DNA from: Hormiphora californensis
Taxonomy: Eukaryota; Animalia; Ctenophora
Direction of reading: 5' to 3'
Length of the DNA: 64,000 bases
Assembly: GCA_020137815.1 (NCBI GenBank)
Contig: CM035355.1
Coordinates: forward strand, 7,564,001 to 7,628,000
The notes beneath the pieces are model-generated. The model was not told the DNA's origin. It saw only the letters and a list, made by a program, of their open reading frames with translations, and searched no databases. Position 1 is the first letter of the stretch; every line of letters starts with the position of its first letter. Both the position numbers and the translations under genes were made by a program. Below are positions 21,367 through 33,900 of the stretch, in pieces.

Positions 21367-23050
21367 ATGGATAGGTTAGTGATTAGTGAAACAGATAAAT
21401 AATAGTTTAACATTTTAATTTGTCCTACCTTGTTTACTCTCTCTCAGTGAGCAGCAACCGGAGGATTCCGTGGCCCATTCTAAAGACCTTAGATCTACCA
21501 GTAAACCGTTAACAAAAGTAATGGGCAGGAAGTTATCAAGCAAGCTTTTCCCTGAGTCTAAATCCAGTAAGATATTGTTGAATTTTTTGTTATGATCACG
21601 GATCACCTACAAATAGCATTTGACCATTAGAGCTAGCTAATGATATTTATTCTTTTAGATTTGATTGATACGGTGCGACCACTACCAAAGAAAGTTCTCT
21701 TCAGACGAAGTTCCTCATCATACAAAGTGGCAATTAACGTTTCTGGTCGGCAGTTCCTCATATCCCGTTCCAAACTGGAAAACTACCCTACAACATTACT
21801 GGGTTCCCGAGAAATCGAACAATTTTACGATCCAAACTACAAGGAATACTTTTTTGATCGAAACCGCGACGTTTTCGAATCAATATTTGATTTCTACATG
21901 TTCGGAAAGCTCTACCCGCCTCAAGGAATACCAGAAGATATGTACTTTGAAGAGGTCCGATTCTTCAAAATAATGACAGTTTTTGATGAGATGTTGGCCG
22001 CTAGTCCTACTGATGATGCTGATACTCTGGTCGATGAAGAGAGGTCGTGTCACTGGTGTGCAGGTTGTTAACTGATGCTCTGGAGAACCCTAGCTACTCA
22101 GTTGGAGGTAGAATCTGGGGTTGGTTGGACTTGTTCTTTATTCGCACTTATCTGTCGTGTCCATGACTGTCGAAACAGATCCCCTCTGTGAAGGCTAGAG
22201 TTGATGTCCCTGGGTCTCGAGAGGCCCACATTTCATTCGTTGTGGAGTCTGTGACGGTAGCTTTCTTTTCCTTTGACGTGCTGCTGAGATTTGTGGTTAC
22301 CAATCGGAGACTGGCATTCCTTCGTAGTCCTGCCTCCTGGCTTGATGTGATCACCGTAGGCACCCTACTACTTTGAACTCTTTGTAGATGCGTCTAACTT
22401 CAGAGGACTAAAGGTGCTCAGGATGGCACGGGTGGTACGAGTTCTAAAACTTATAAAAAAGAATAAGAGACTGTTGTTGATCGCCCAGGTTCTCTCTCAC
22501 TCTCTGGGAGAGCTGTCTATGTTGGTGATTGTGTGGGGGATGGCTATCATTGTGGCGGGATCGACCTTCTACTACTGTGAGATAGATCGAAATGATAACG
22601 TGAAAAATGGTGAGTTTCTGTAACAGAGGCAACTTCTCATTTTAGATTTTCCTTCCCCTAATCCTTATCTACTAAATAGCTTCTCTAATTACAACCCCAA
22701 ATTCCCCAAATCCTAATCCCTGTCTACCAAATTATCTAATCATACCCCCAAATTCCCCAGCATATAACCCAATTCTCCCAGGTTTTGACGCGCTATGGTG
22801 GGCAGTGGTAACAATGTCAACCGTCGGATACGGGGAAATAGTTCCTGTTACCACTGCTGGAAAGTGCTTTGCCACCGTCTTCTTCTACATCTCAATGGTG
22901 TTCCTGGCTCTACCCCTCACTATTATAGTCGGTGCTTTCTCCAAACAATACGAGAATAGGAAGACTCTCAGTGCGAATAATGGAGATCAAGACGGGTGTA
23001 AGCAGCAGAAGAGGGAATGGGTCAGGAAGATGACACAACACGGACGGTGA
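21367..23050 (+). CDS. Shaker-family voltage-gated K+ channel subunit (T1 plus S1-S6), probable regulatory (silent) type
   Basis: T1 domain (INVSGRQF...YPTTLLG...EYFFDRNRDVFESIFDFY). S4 LKVLRMARVVRVLKLIK. Pore ALWWAVVTMSTVGYGEIVP. S6 FLALPLTIIV. Intron 22610-22781. Several indels at about 22060-22370. The first two small exons are tentative. Confidence 0.9.
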
Positions 23051-23409
23051 ACCGTGAAGGAGAGAGAAATTGTAAAATTGAGACAAGGCGAATAGGAGAG
23101 AGATAGAGAATGACAGAGAGAAAGAGTCTAAACTCTGAGGACTGAAATTGTTGTATGAAAGCTTCATCAGATCTTACAAGTAAAAGTGAGGCAAAACAGT
23201 GTAGCTGCGTTTACTAAAGCTGTATTTGTGAGCTGTATTATCTTAAAATTATTTTCGTTTTAATTTACCACAGTTTCGTCTCATGACAATTGAATACCAA
23301 AGTATATATTCCCCATTTCAATCCTTATCTCTTGCTATAAACATCTATCTTTGCCATTATTCAAAGTCATATTAATGTCTAATGTCCCTAGCTAGGGTCA
23401 GATCGCGTC

Positions 23410-26400
23410 ATGGAGATAGTCTATGTATACACCAAGAAAAGGGAGGAGTTTGGTAGGCAGTGTAACTTTGCAGATCGAGTAGCGGAATCCCTTGTAGATA
23501 TCCCTGTTGATGACTCCCTCAAAGACCAGTTTATTGTCCGAAACCCATGTGAAAGTGCCATCCAGTGCGCCCCTGAGATGTCAGAGCACGAGGTGAACAC
23601 GGAACGGTTCGAGACTATGAGTAGGGGTATAAATCACGTGGAGGGGGGATGGCCTAAGGATGTGAATGCTGCTGAGGTTGAACAGACTTTGAGGTATAGG
23701 AAGAAAGTTGAGAAGGATGAGGTTTATATCCAGGCCATTCAGCAACTCGGAAGTGTGAGTACAACAATGAGATTTGATCAGGATTAATAATATTGTTCCT
23801 AGACGATAGGAAATCAAAAGAATCAATTTGGTCTATAAAAACTCACAAACCATCCTCTACTCACTGCAGGTTATGGAACACACTATCAAGCAGAATAATG
23901 CCGTGGATATTTACGAGGAATATTTCGATGATGTTATAGAGGATGGATGTGTAGAACCTCCCTCTGCCAAAACCATCAATGTATTCAGGTATGTCTTCTG
24001 CGACCCCCCCCCCCTCCAGAACTCAAAACGGTGATATTCTTCTTGTTGGGAAACCTATTTTTTTAGAATCGATTCGGCGACCTGTTCAAGTCAATAATTT
24101 TACTAAATCACATCTCTCTCCCAGGGATCCCAATGAAATAAAGAGGACTGCTACCAACATTAGCTGGTATCCTGACAATGCCCAGAAGTTGGCTGTGGCC
24201 TACTCCGTTCTGGAATTCCAGCGATCCTCCCCCGGAATGTGTATGGATTCCTATATCTGGGATGTCGGTAAGTTGATTTGTGATATTGTGGTACAGAAAA
24301 AAACAAAACTGCCTAAATGGTGGCTTAAACAGATATGATATTCAAATAACCAACAGCTGATATTTTCAGAGTCACCCAACAAGCCTGATATGGCCCTAAA
24401 GCCCATTTCACCCCTGGTGTGTATCGAATATAACCCGAAGGATCCCCACTGCCTTGTCGGAGGACAGTACAACGGTCAACTTGGTAAGTTTCAGTTGATT
24501 GAGAGCGAATCTGTTCTGTTTTACATTGTTTCTAATGTTTTCTTCTCCCGTCAGCTTTCTGGGATACAAGGAAAGGCTCCCAACCGATCGAGGTTTCAGC
24601 TATTTCCGCCTCCCACTCCGATCCGCTTTATAAAGTTATTTTCCTCACCTCAAAGACAGGTATGCTGCTGCACTAGTGTTATACACTCACATGCATACTC
24701 TTCTTCAATATCTCATCAAGCTGGTGGAGAGCTCCAACAAGCTGCTGAATTTGTTGTCATGGGGTTGGACGGGAGGGAGGGCGCGAGCGACATACGACTC
24801 TGAACAGTTGAAAGTGTAGCTTTTCAGCTGTTTTTGCGCTGTGTTCCCATAGAAACTAACTGCGCGCGCACAACAGCTGGACTGCTGCTGCAAGAATCGG
24901 ACCTCTGAGAGTCTGAGCAGAACAATTCTCATGCTGGCTGCCCATCTGTCAATGCCTGACAGCTACCCACTCTCTCTCCAACTAAATCCCCACCCTCTCC
25001 CACCAGGAACGGAGTGTTTCACGACCTCAACGGACGGCCAGGTTCTCTGGTGGGATATCAGAAAAATGGCCGAGCCCACGGAAACTTTAATCCTGGATAT
25101 CACCAAAAAGGGAAAACCAACACTCGGGGGAATTTCCCTGGAGTACGAGTCGACAATGCCCACCAAGTTTATGGTGGGAACAGAGCAGGGAACCATTCTA
25201 AGCTGTAACAGGAAGGCTAAATCTCCCGCTGACCGAATTGTAGCCAACTTCAGGTAAAACGAGATTCAACAAAAAACAGTTCGAATTTGGATAGACAATG
25301 TTTCTTGCCCTACAAGCCCCCACTCCTCCATTTCTAACCCATTATCCTACAGTGGTCACTATGGACCAGTATACGCCCTCCAGAGGAATCCCTTCTTCCC
25401 TAAGAACTTCCTAACTGTCGGAGATTGGACTGCTAGGGTTTGGAGCGAGGATCTTAGGGATTCTAGCATTATGTGGACCAAGTGAGTCAGAAACACAGAT
25501 ATTGCAGTAATTTCATGAAAGATAAAAAAAGAGAAGGTTGAAAACCACAAGTACACATATTAATGATCGAGTGTTTACCTCTCTTTATCTAACCCATCCA
25601 CCCCCAGGTTCCATAACTCTTATCTAACCGATGGTTGCTGGTCGCCAGTCCGACCTGCTGTCTTCTTCACGTCCCGAATGGACGGTTGTCTCGATGTGTG
25701 GGATTACATGTTCAAACAGAACGACCCCACTCTCAGCCTCCAGGTACATTCTCCTGACTCCGGAGAAAATGGAACTGGGACAGTGTCCCACTATGCCCCA
25801 TAAATCATAATCCTTTCATCTGTAATTTGATAATATGTACACTGTAGTCTGTACAGTGTACAGACTACTCATCGAATTCCCCTCTACCTCCCCTTCACGT
25901 TATGTTTTTGCTAGGTGTGTGATGAGGCCCTGAATTGTCTGAGGATCCAAGAGGGTGGAAGCTTGATGGCTTGTGGATCGCATTCCGGAAATGTGACCTT
26001 GTTGGAGCTGAGCGAATGTGAGTAATATATTGCCGTATACGACACATGTTCTGTACTTGGTAACATAGACACCTGGTCGCACCAGGTGTCTATGTTACCA
26101 AGTTCTGTACCCAAATGGGTACCATTACCACTTGAATCCATTGCAACCTATAGCTATGTGAGATCGATCTCAGTCGTGCGCGTCGATCTCACTCAGGTAT
26201 CAATGTGACCAACATAACCACCTATAATTCTCGTGTGCCACGAAGCACCCAAGCAACCCCCTTCAAGTTCAAACATTCAATGCTAACTCTTATCCCCTTC
26301 TCAGCTCTGTCACAGCAGCAGAGGAACGAAAAGGCATCATTGACGCAGATCTTCGAACGAGAGACAAAACGAGAGAAGATCTTGGAGAGCAGATACAGAG

Positions 26401-27152
26401 AAATGAAGTTGAAGGAGAGAGCCAAGTCTCAACAGGAAGAGAAGTGAGTGCATACTTCCCAAAACCTGAAACCCACCCTAGGAACCCCCTCCTGATATGA
26501 TCATACGCCCCTCTTATCTCCTCCCCAGGCCATCGTATCTGTTTTCATATCCCCTTCCCCTATATATATGTTCAGTATCCGGTATTTAACCCCTCCTCTC
26601 CCCATCTAATCCCCCTCCCCAGAAACCCCCAACTAAACTACCCCTCCACCTTGTTGAGTCCCACCCCTTACCCAACAACCTCTACCGGGAAGTTCTTGGC
26701 CTCCCCCAGGCCCCATATAACCCCACACCTCCTCTCCTCTAGGAACCTCCTCCACTTATTTCTAACCCCACAACCCTTCCCCATCAGCCATCTAAACCCA
26801 CACCCTCTCCCCATCTAAACCCACACCCTCTCCCCATCTAACCCCACACACCCTCTCCCCATCTAACCCCACATACCCCCTCCCATAACCACAACCCCGA
26901 TAGCACAAACACACCGCCATGAAACACACCTCTCATTAAAAACTACTAACCCACCCTTCTAACCCCACACCCCCTCCCCATCTAACCCCACACCCCCTCC
27001 CCATCTAAACCCACACCCTCTTCTCTAGGAACCCGGAAGATGACGAGGAGAATCCTGAAGAGCTGGTGGATGAAGCAGACAAGAACTTCTGGTTCACAGT
27101 GGAACAAGAGAAGGCAGGGATCGAAAAGAAGGAACGGGAGGCAGAGAAATGA
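23410..27152 (+). CDS. DNAI2: Dynein axonemal intermediate chain 2 (outer-arm IC69/ODA6 orthologue), WD40, multi-exon
   Basis: Diagnostic N-terminus [20 protein letters not shown]; [64 protein letters not shown]. Stop TGA at 27150-27152. Confidence 0.95.
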
Positions 27153-27746
27153 GCAGGGTCGTGCTGGAATATCAGAAAATCGCGAGATGTGACTGCCGGG
27201 GGGCGTGTTTGTGACTTTGAGATCTGTTTAGGCGGTGGTTTTTTGGGGAGAGAAGATTCAAGAAAACTGTTTTTCTCTATCCCACGGGACGACACTGAGT
27301 CCCGATTATTTTAATTGAATGTGAATACACTGTGTAAAAAAGTTTACCCTTAGGGGATGGAAGAGGATGAAAAAGAAACCTCCCCGTCCCTTCTTCATTT
27401 CTTTCCACTGATATCACTCTTTTCTATTTGTTACAAAACGTTAAATCAACCCTTTTCAAACTTTTAAATTCTTGAACGATCGTCGACTGCTCCAAAACTT
27501 TATTTTTCTTCAAAAGGGTTGATTTAACACATTTCTAAGATAGGCAGATCTGGTGGTTGAAGTTTGAATATGGACAATGTACACATATTTACACACGTGA
27601 TCTCACTACTCAATTTCCGGTCTCATTCCCCACTCATTAGGCACCGCATTAGCCAAATTGTAAAAAGCATTGTCACACACTTCCTCTCTCTTTCATTTTG
27701 TACTCTCTATCCCACACCCACAATTGTCTGATATTACATTTCCATT

Positions 27747-27980
27747 CCTCCTCTGACAGTAAAAACATGCCACTTTTAGCCACTCTCTCCTCTGACAGTA
27801 AAAACATGCCACTTTTAGCCACTCTCTCCTCTGACAGTAAAAACATGCCACTTTTAGCCACTCTCTCCTCTGACAGTAAAAACATGCCACTTTTAGCCAC
27901 TCTCTCCTCTGACAGTAAAAACATGCCACTTTTAGCCACTCTCTCCTCTGACAGTAAAACATACCACTTTTAGCCACTTT
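27747..27980. repeat. 39-bp minisatellite, about 6 copies
   Basis: Unit CTCTCTCCTCTGACAGTAAAAACATGCCACTTTTAGCCA repeated head-to-tail without spacers. Confidence 0.95.
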
Positions 27981-27989
27981 CTCTCCTCT

Positions 27990-30900
27990 CCTCATAATGC
28001 ATTGTCCGGGTTCTGTGGGTTGATGAAGTAGTTGGCGTGTTTTGAAGTTTCTAACCGTCTTCCCGGTTGGAGTGAGTTCCGTCCTGACTGAAAATAGGGG
28101 GCTGGTCGTTTGAATTAGTCTCTTATAAACTGCTAATGAATTTCACAATTTTTGCTCCTACTCCCAGGTGTAGGAGCAAAAATTGGAGCTCCCGGCCCAT
28201 GTGACCCCCCCCCCCCGGCAACCCCGCCAGCCCTAATTTAAAAAACCTACCAGTGGAGAGGAAGCAGTTTGATCCTGTTGTTCCTCAGTGCCCAACCCCT
28301 CCCCCACCCATGCTGCACCTACCAGCCCCTCCCAATACCCGGTACCCTATCCCAATAGCCCCTAACCCCAGCCCTATCACCTACCAGTGGAGAGGAAACA
28401 GTCTGATCCTGTTGCTCCTCAGTGGGTGTTCTCCGCTGCTTCTGGAGTACCGGGGGGCTGATGGCAGGGGCCTGCTGGGCACTCAACCCCGAGTGCATCA
28501 GATGTGACCTAGTTTGGGGGACACTACGGGATGAGTGTTAGAGGGGTGTGTTACAATGTTGATTTGATTTGAAACTAATTTGCAATATATACAGGAAAAG
28601 TAGCACACATAAAAATATAAATATATATAAGTCCCTGTATATAGAGCAGATTAGAGGCAGGTCTAAGTAGACGCTTACGCCGCAGAGTCATACTAAAACA
28701 TCTATAGGGTAATGTAGTAATAAATTAGGTAATATTAATAAGTTAAAGGTATTATTTTAATAAATTTTATTTTTATTTATTTTAGATTATTTTGTCCTGT
28801 CAGTCATTCACGTCAAGTCATGTTGGAGAAGTGTTTTAGGAAGTAGAAAGATTGCAGTGTTTAGGGAGGAGTCAGGAGGAGAGCAGCAAGGGAGGAGGGA
28901 AAAAGGAAGAGTATAGAGGAGAGAGAAAGAAAGAAAGAGGTGTAGTAAAGTGCTTCACAGCTGTACTTCCATACGTCTGGGATTAGAGGGCTAGTAGTAG
29001 TGACACACAAGTAGTAGAAGATAATTTAGGTTATTCCATATTCTAGCAGTGGGTTTTTGAGTTTAATGGAAAAAGTGAAGGGTTGCATATTTCTCTTAAT
29101 GACAATGGGAGTAAGTTCCAGGCCAAATGTGTTCTGTAGAAAAATGACTGCTCAAATGACTCAAGTCTAGCTCTCTCGGTGCAAACAATATGGAGGTCAT
29201 CTCTCTCACTCTGGAATCTCGTTGTTTAGTAAATGGATTGTCTGTCATACATGTGTAGGTATGCAGGTAGTTGCAGAGGAATGTGAGAATAAACTATTTT
29301 GTGCAGAAGAGATGATCGGTGTAGGTGAATTTGAGGGACTCGGAAGTAGTTTCAGTTCACATAATTTCTTTCTATATTCGGTGTCAGTGTGTGCTAGCAT
29401 ATTGCTCATTAAGAATAAATTTCACAGCCCTTTTTGTATCTTTTCGAACTTACTGAGACCATTTTCACCTGAAGGTCTCCAGATTGGTGAACAGTGTTCA
29501 AAAAGTGACCTAACTATAGCTATGTAAAGGTTCTTTTAGCTTGTGTCTGACAGACCATATTGCAGTGCCGTTTGATTAAGCCTAGTTTTTGTGAAGATTT
29601 TGATACAATAGATTCAATGTGATCAGTGTAGCTTAGTTTGGCCGTCATAATCACCCCCAGGTCCTTTTCTGACGATGTACACTCTAATTCTACTCCCCAA
29701 CATGTATCTAATATCTATAGCATCGCGTTTATATGTGCTCCGTATTACCTTACTTTAGAGGGATGGAACTTCATTTTGTTTGCAGTGCTCCACGCTTCTA
29801 ATTATCTATATCTAACTGCAGACTGTCGTTTTGACATCTAATTTCCGCCAAATCTTGAGGTCATCGGCATATAATTTTATTTGTATCCATCGCCTACACT
29901 ATCGACAATATCTTTATAAATAGGACAAATAGAAGGGGGCCTAGAATAGAACCCTGAGGTACTCCGGATGTTACAGGAGTCCAGTCTGAGAAAGTGCCAT
30001 CTACCATTACACGCTGTCTTCGATTTTGGAGATAAATTTTTATAAAATTTAGCAGCTTACCGTCTATATCGAATTGGTTCTTAAGTTTTTCTAATATTAA
30101 GTCATGAGAAACACTATCGAAAGCCTTAGAGAAGTCAAAATAAACTATATCAGTTGGAGATGATGTTTAGATTATAGGCAGTTGACTAGAAAATTCAATA
30201 AGTTGTGTGTTACATGATTTATGAGGGACAAAGCCATGTTGATGTATCGGTTTTGTCTTCACACATGAAAGGAGAGCTTGTCCCTGACTAGATTTTCAAA
30301 GACTTTCATAACTAAACATGTGAGAGATATGGGCCTATAATTCCTAAATCATTCTTGGCACTCTTTTTGTGTATAGGGACAACATTTGCATCTTTCCATT
30401 GGCAGGAATAATGCCAGCATGAAAACAGCTATTGAAGAGTAAGGATAGTGGTTTACTAAGAGAGATCTACATTTCTTTAGGACAATGCCCTCTATATTAT
30501 CTGGACCAGAGGCTTTAGATGGATCTAAATTTTTGAGTACTTTGAAAACATCACTTTCCATAAAATAGGTGTCGTTACAGTCCGAATGATTGTTTCTACT
30601 ATAATTAACGTGAGTTTTGTAATCACTGCTGCCCGAGAATTGTTGACTAAAAAAGAAATTAAACATGCTACATTTATCTTCTGATTTGGTGGATGTGTTT
30701 TTCATTATGTAGAACGTCAGGGATTCTAGTACTATGTGATAGAGATCCAATGTGTTGACACTTTTAGACACAGAATTTCCAGAGCCTTCGTCAGTGAAAT
30801 AACTTGCCATTTTATTTTTGACATTTCCCTATATGACACTTCAAGTTTTAGGAAAAAGTCTTTAAGAACAGGATCTGACCCAGAGCTATTAGCTGCCTTT

Positions 30901-33900
30901 CTAGCTCTATCGAGTCTATTTTTTAGATTTTTTAGCTCGCTGTCATACCATGGGGGTTTATCCCCGACTTTAACAAGAACCATAGGAATATGTTTTCTAA
31001 GAATAATGTCTAATTTTGATTTAAAGATGTCTAGTTTTCTTTAATTGTACGGTTTCTAAAAATGGCCCCCAGTCAACTTTACCTAATTCATTATTTATAC
31101 TATTCCAGTCCGCCTTCTTGTAACAGAATTTTCTCACTTTTGTGACAGACTTGGGTTTCTTGATTAGGGAGATATCAGCTGTTAACGTGAAATGGTCAGA
31201 AGAAGTAAGGAGGTTTGGTTGGATGGAGTGCTTGAGAAACATGTCAGGTTGATTAGTCATGATGAGGTCAAGAATGTTACCTGACTGATGGGTAGGATTG
31301 TTAATTAAACAAGTTAGACCTAAGTTATCGAATATCTCTAGGAACCTAGAGTGACTGGAGTTAGAAGTAACGGGTGCATCCCAGTCCTTAACTGAACTTA
31401 AGTTCAGGTCACCTATAATAGCTATGTTGCTATATCGTCTTATGAGTTCTAAATAATATTCTTCTACTGAGTCTGCGTGCTCAGACTTACTATAATCATA
31501 TCTATAATATGTTGAGATACAAAGTTTATGCCCATTTTTTGCTTTAACAAGTACACTTAGAATAGGAAGATCTCCAGAATTACCCTTATACAGAGAAACC
31601 TTAAATACCAGCATTGTTTTTACATAAGATCATTACACCCCCACCCCCTTTTTATTGTGTATTCTTTATCACCTGCAGTTCTATCCTTTCTATAAACTGT
31701 GTAGTACTGATCCAGTACCACTTCATTATCTGTATATACTTAGAAAGCCATGTTTCATTTAGAATAACTATATCGGGGGTATAAGTGTATAGGTATGCCC
31801 TTAGACACTAGTTTATTAGCCTGGAAGGTTGGAGTTTTTGAGGTCATAGAGTTCATATGTATTAATCCCTGGATGTTACAGTAAACTATTTTTAAGGAGT
31901 CTAGCTTCATACTTTGTTTGGGCAGGATTGTAGATGAGGATTGGTATGTAGGGTTGCTATCACTATGAGTAGCAGTGCACAGCTAGCTACGAAAATAATG
32001 ATACTAGCGATTTGACTAATAGTTTCAGGAAATACAGTGTTTTGGATATTTTATATCATTTCTTTTAGAGGATATGGTGCTACTGGAGTTATGCATGAAA
32101 AGTATGCTATTTGTATTGCTAAATAAAGAGGATAGATTTGAGGTTTCATAAAACTGCCACTCTCAACAGATGGTGACGGGCAGTGGTCTAGGTTGTTGGA
32201 GAATGACTGGCTGGAAAGGCCGAGAAAACATAGAAAGATTATTAATCCATATAGAAAGACACCGAAACCGGCTAAGAAAAGTGAGAAGAAATGAGAATTA
32301 GACGGGAGTTCGCGGTATGACGTGGGATAAGAGCTAATTTTAGTAGTCATGTTGTGTCCGTTGTATTTTTTTATGGTCAGTCTAAGGTAGTGCCCTCCTA
32401 TTCTACAGCGGTATGTTTCAATGTCGATCATTTTCTCAAAAACTTTTCTTCTATTCAAATATATATTTTGTGGTACTTTGTGGTACCCGGGACGCGAATT
32501 TTATTTGTATAATCTGCTCTATTTAGTTACATTATATATATGATAGAGAATTATATCTCTTAGCCTCCTTTTACCATCATTATTAAGATGGAGCCTCCCT
32601 CGTCCGTACAGACTCAAGTTCATACAACACCCACAATGCTCCAAAAACTCCTCAAGACAGGGCACCCAATGAAAACCATAATCCAAAACCAGCTCTCTCA
32701 AGACTCTATTGGATTTCATAATATCCCCTGAAAACTCGCCATCCCCTCGCGGCAGAATGTTCACACAAAACACACGGGCTCTGGGGAACATTTCTCCCAC
32801 CACTCTGAGAAGTTCCGAGTAGTCAGAGAACAGTTCCCGGAGGCGTACTTTCCTAGCAACATCGTTCGTGCCCACCAGGACAGTGACAGAATTTACATTG
32901 TCACGGACCTGTTGTGCACGGATTTCTGAAGTTAGTTATAGTAATCCTCGCCCCACCGAGGGAAATACTCCCAACATTCCTTCCAAAACTAACCCCCTTG
33001 ATCATAGAGTCCCCAATAACCCAATGTTTTGGTTCTAGTGGTGGAGGAGGAGGAAGAAGACGTGGTGATGGTGGTGGGGGGAGTTGATATCCATCTCCTG
33101 TCGGCACCGGCAGAGTAAAGTCCGATGGTAGAACTCTTGGGACTCTAGGTGGGATGTGATCCAATTGATAACCATCACCTGTCGGCTCAGGCAGAGTAAA
33201 GTCCGATGGTAGAACTCTTGGGACTCTTAGGGCGACGGGATCCATAGGAGAGGGAGATGAGATTCCAGGAGTGGGAGCCTCTGTTCCAGGAGGCTGCATT
33301 GGTGATGGTAGTGACTCCGTTTCTACCCAGCTAGTCGACTGAGGTTGATGAAGGGGAGGGGAGTAGGAGGCCAAAGAGTAGTCGAAGAGCGGGGAGGAGC
33401 ATCAGGCCGAGGAGTGGAGGAGGATGGTTGTGCAAGGGAGGTGTTGTGATTCTCTGCAGCGGATGAAGAAGAAAAACGAGACCGGCAAGGAGGTCGATGC
33501 TGCTGTGGGCCTGGCAGAAAACCGTGTGAGACAAGGTTTCTCCTGGTAGCTCTGACCGCTCTGAGGAGGCTCGAGCGGGGCGAGACATTTCCATCGAATA
33601 CAATGGGGGTTGTGGTCCCCTGGAAAGTTACCGGTGGCCTCTCAACTCTTCCAGTCTGATCTGATGATGTTGATGGGTCAATGACCTTCCTGAATGATAG
33701 AACATAGCGTCTCCCTTCTGCGTGAACAACCCCATGGAACAGCCCCTTCTGATCGGGTTTAAACAGCAGTGAGTCACCACTTGCCTAACTACTGAACCAG
33801 CAAGTTCGCTGGACCAGTTATTCCCCTTTCGGAACTGTAGGGTACGTGGAGCACCTACAGAAACCGACACGACCGGATGGCCTGGCACATTCATCTTTTC

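Noticed and set aside
21640-22400. Pseudogene call for the Kv gene (and likewise PLOD, AGBL4, TEX2) because of frameshifts
   Set aside because: Single-base indels occur throughout otherwise highly conserved genes, which points to consensus errors in the assembly.
27747-27980. CRISPR-like array or repeat-protein ORFs (27673-27995)
   Set aside because: Units are contiguous with no unique spacers, there are no cas genes and the context is eukaryotic. The ORFs arise only because 39 is divisible by 3.
28540-28562. Target-site duplication for the AlkB LINE
   Set aside because: Only a 3-4 bp match (ATG/ATGT) exists between the two flanks, too short to distinguish from chance.
31905-31960. 2A-like NPGP ribosome-skipping motif before the APE domain
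   Set aside because: The minus strand reads AATCCTGCCCA; NPGP needs an assumed missing base and the upstream GD(V/I)ExNPGP consensus is absent. It cannot be supported without a family consensus.
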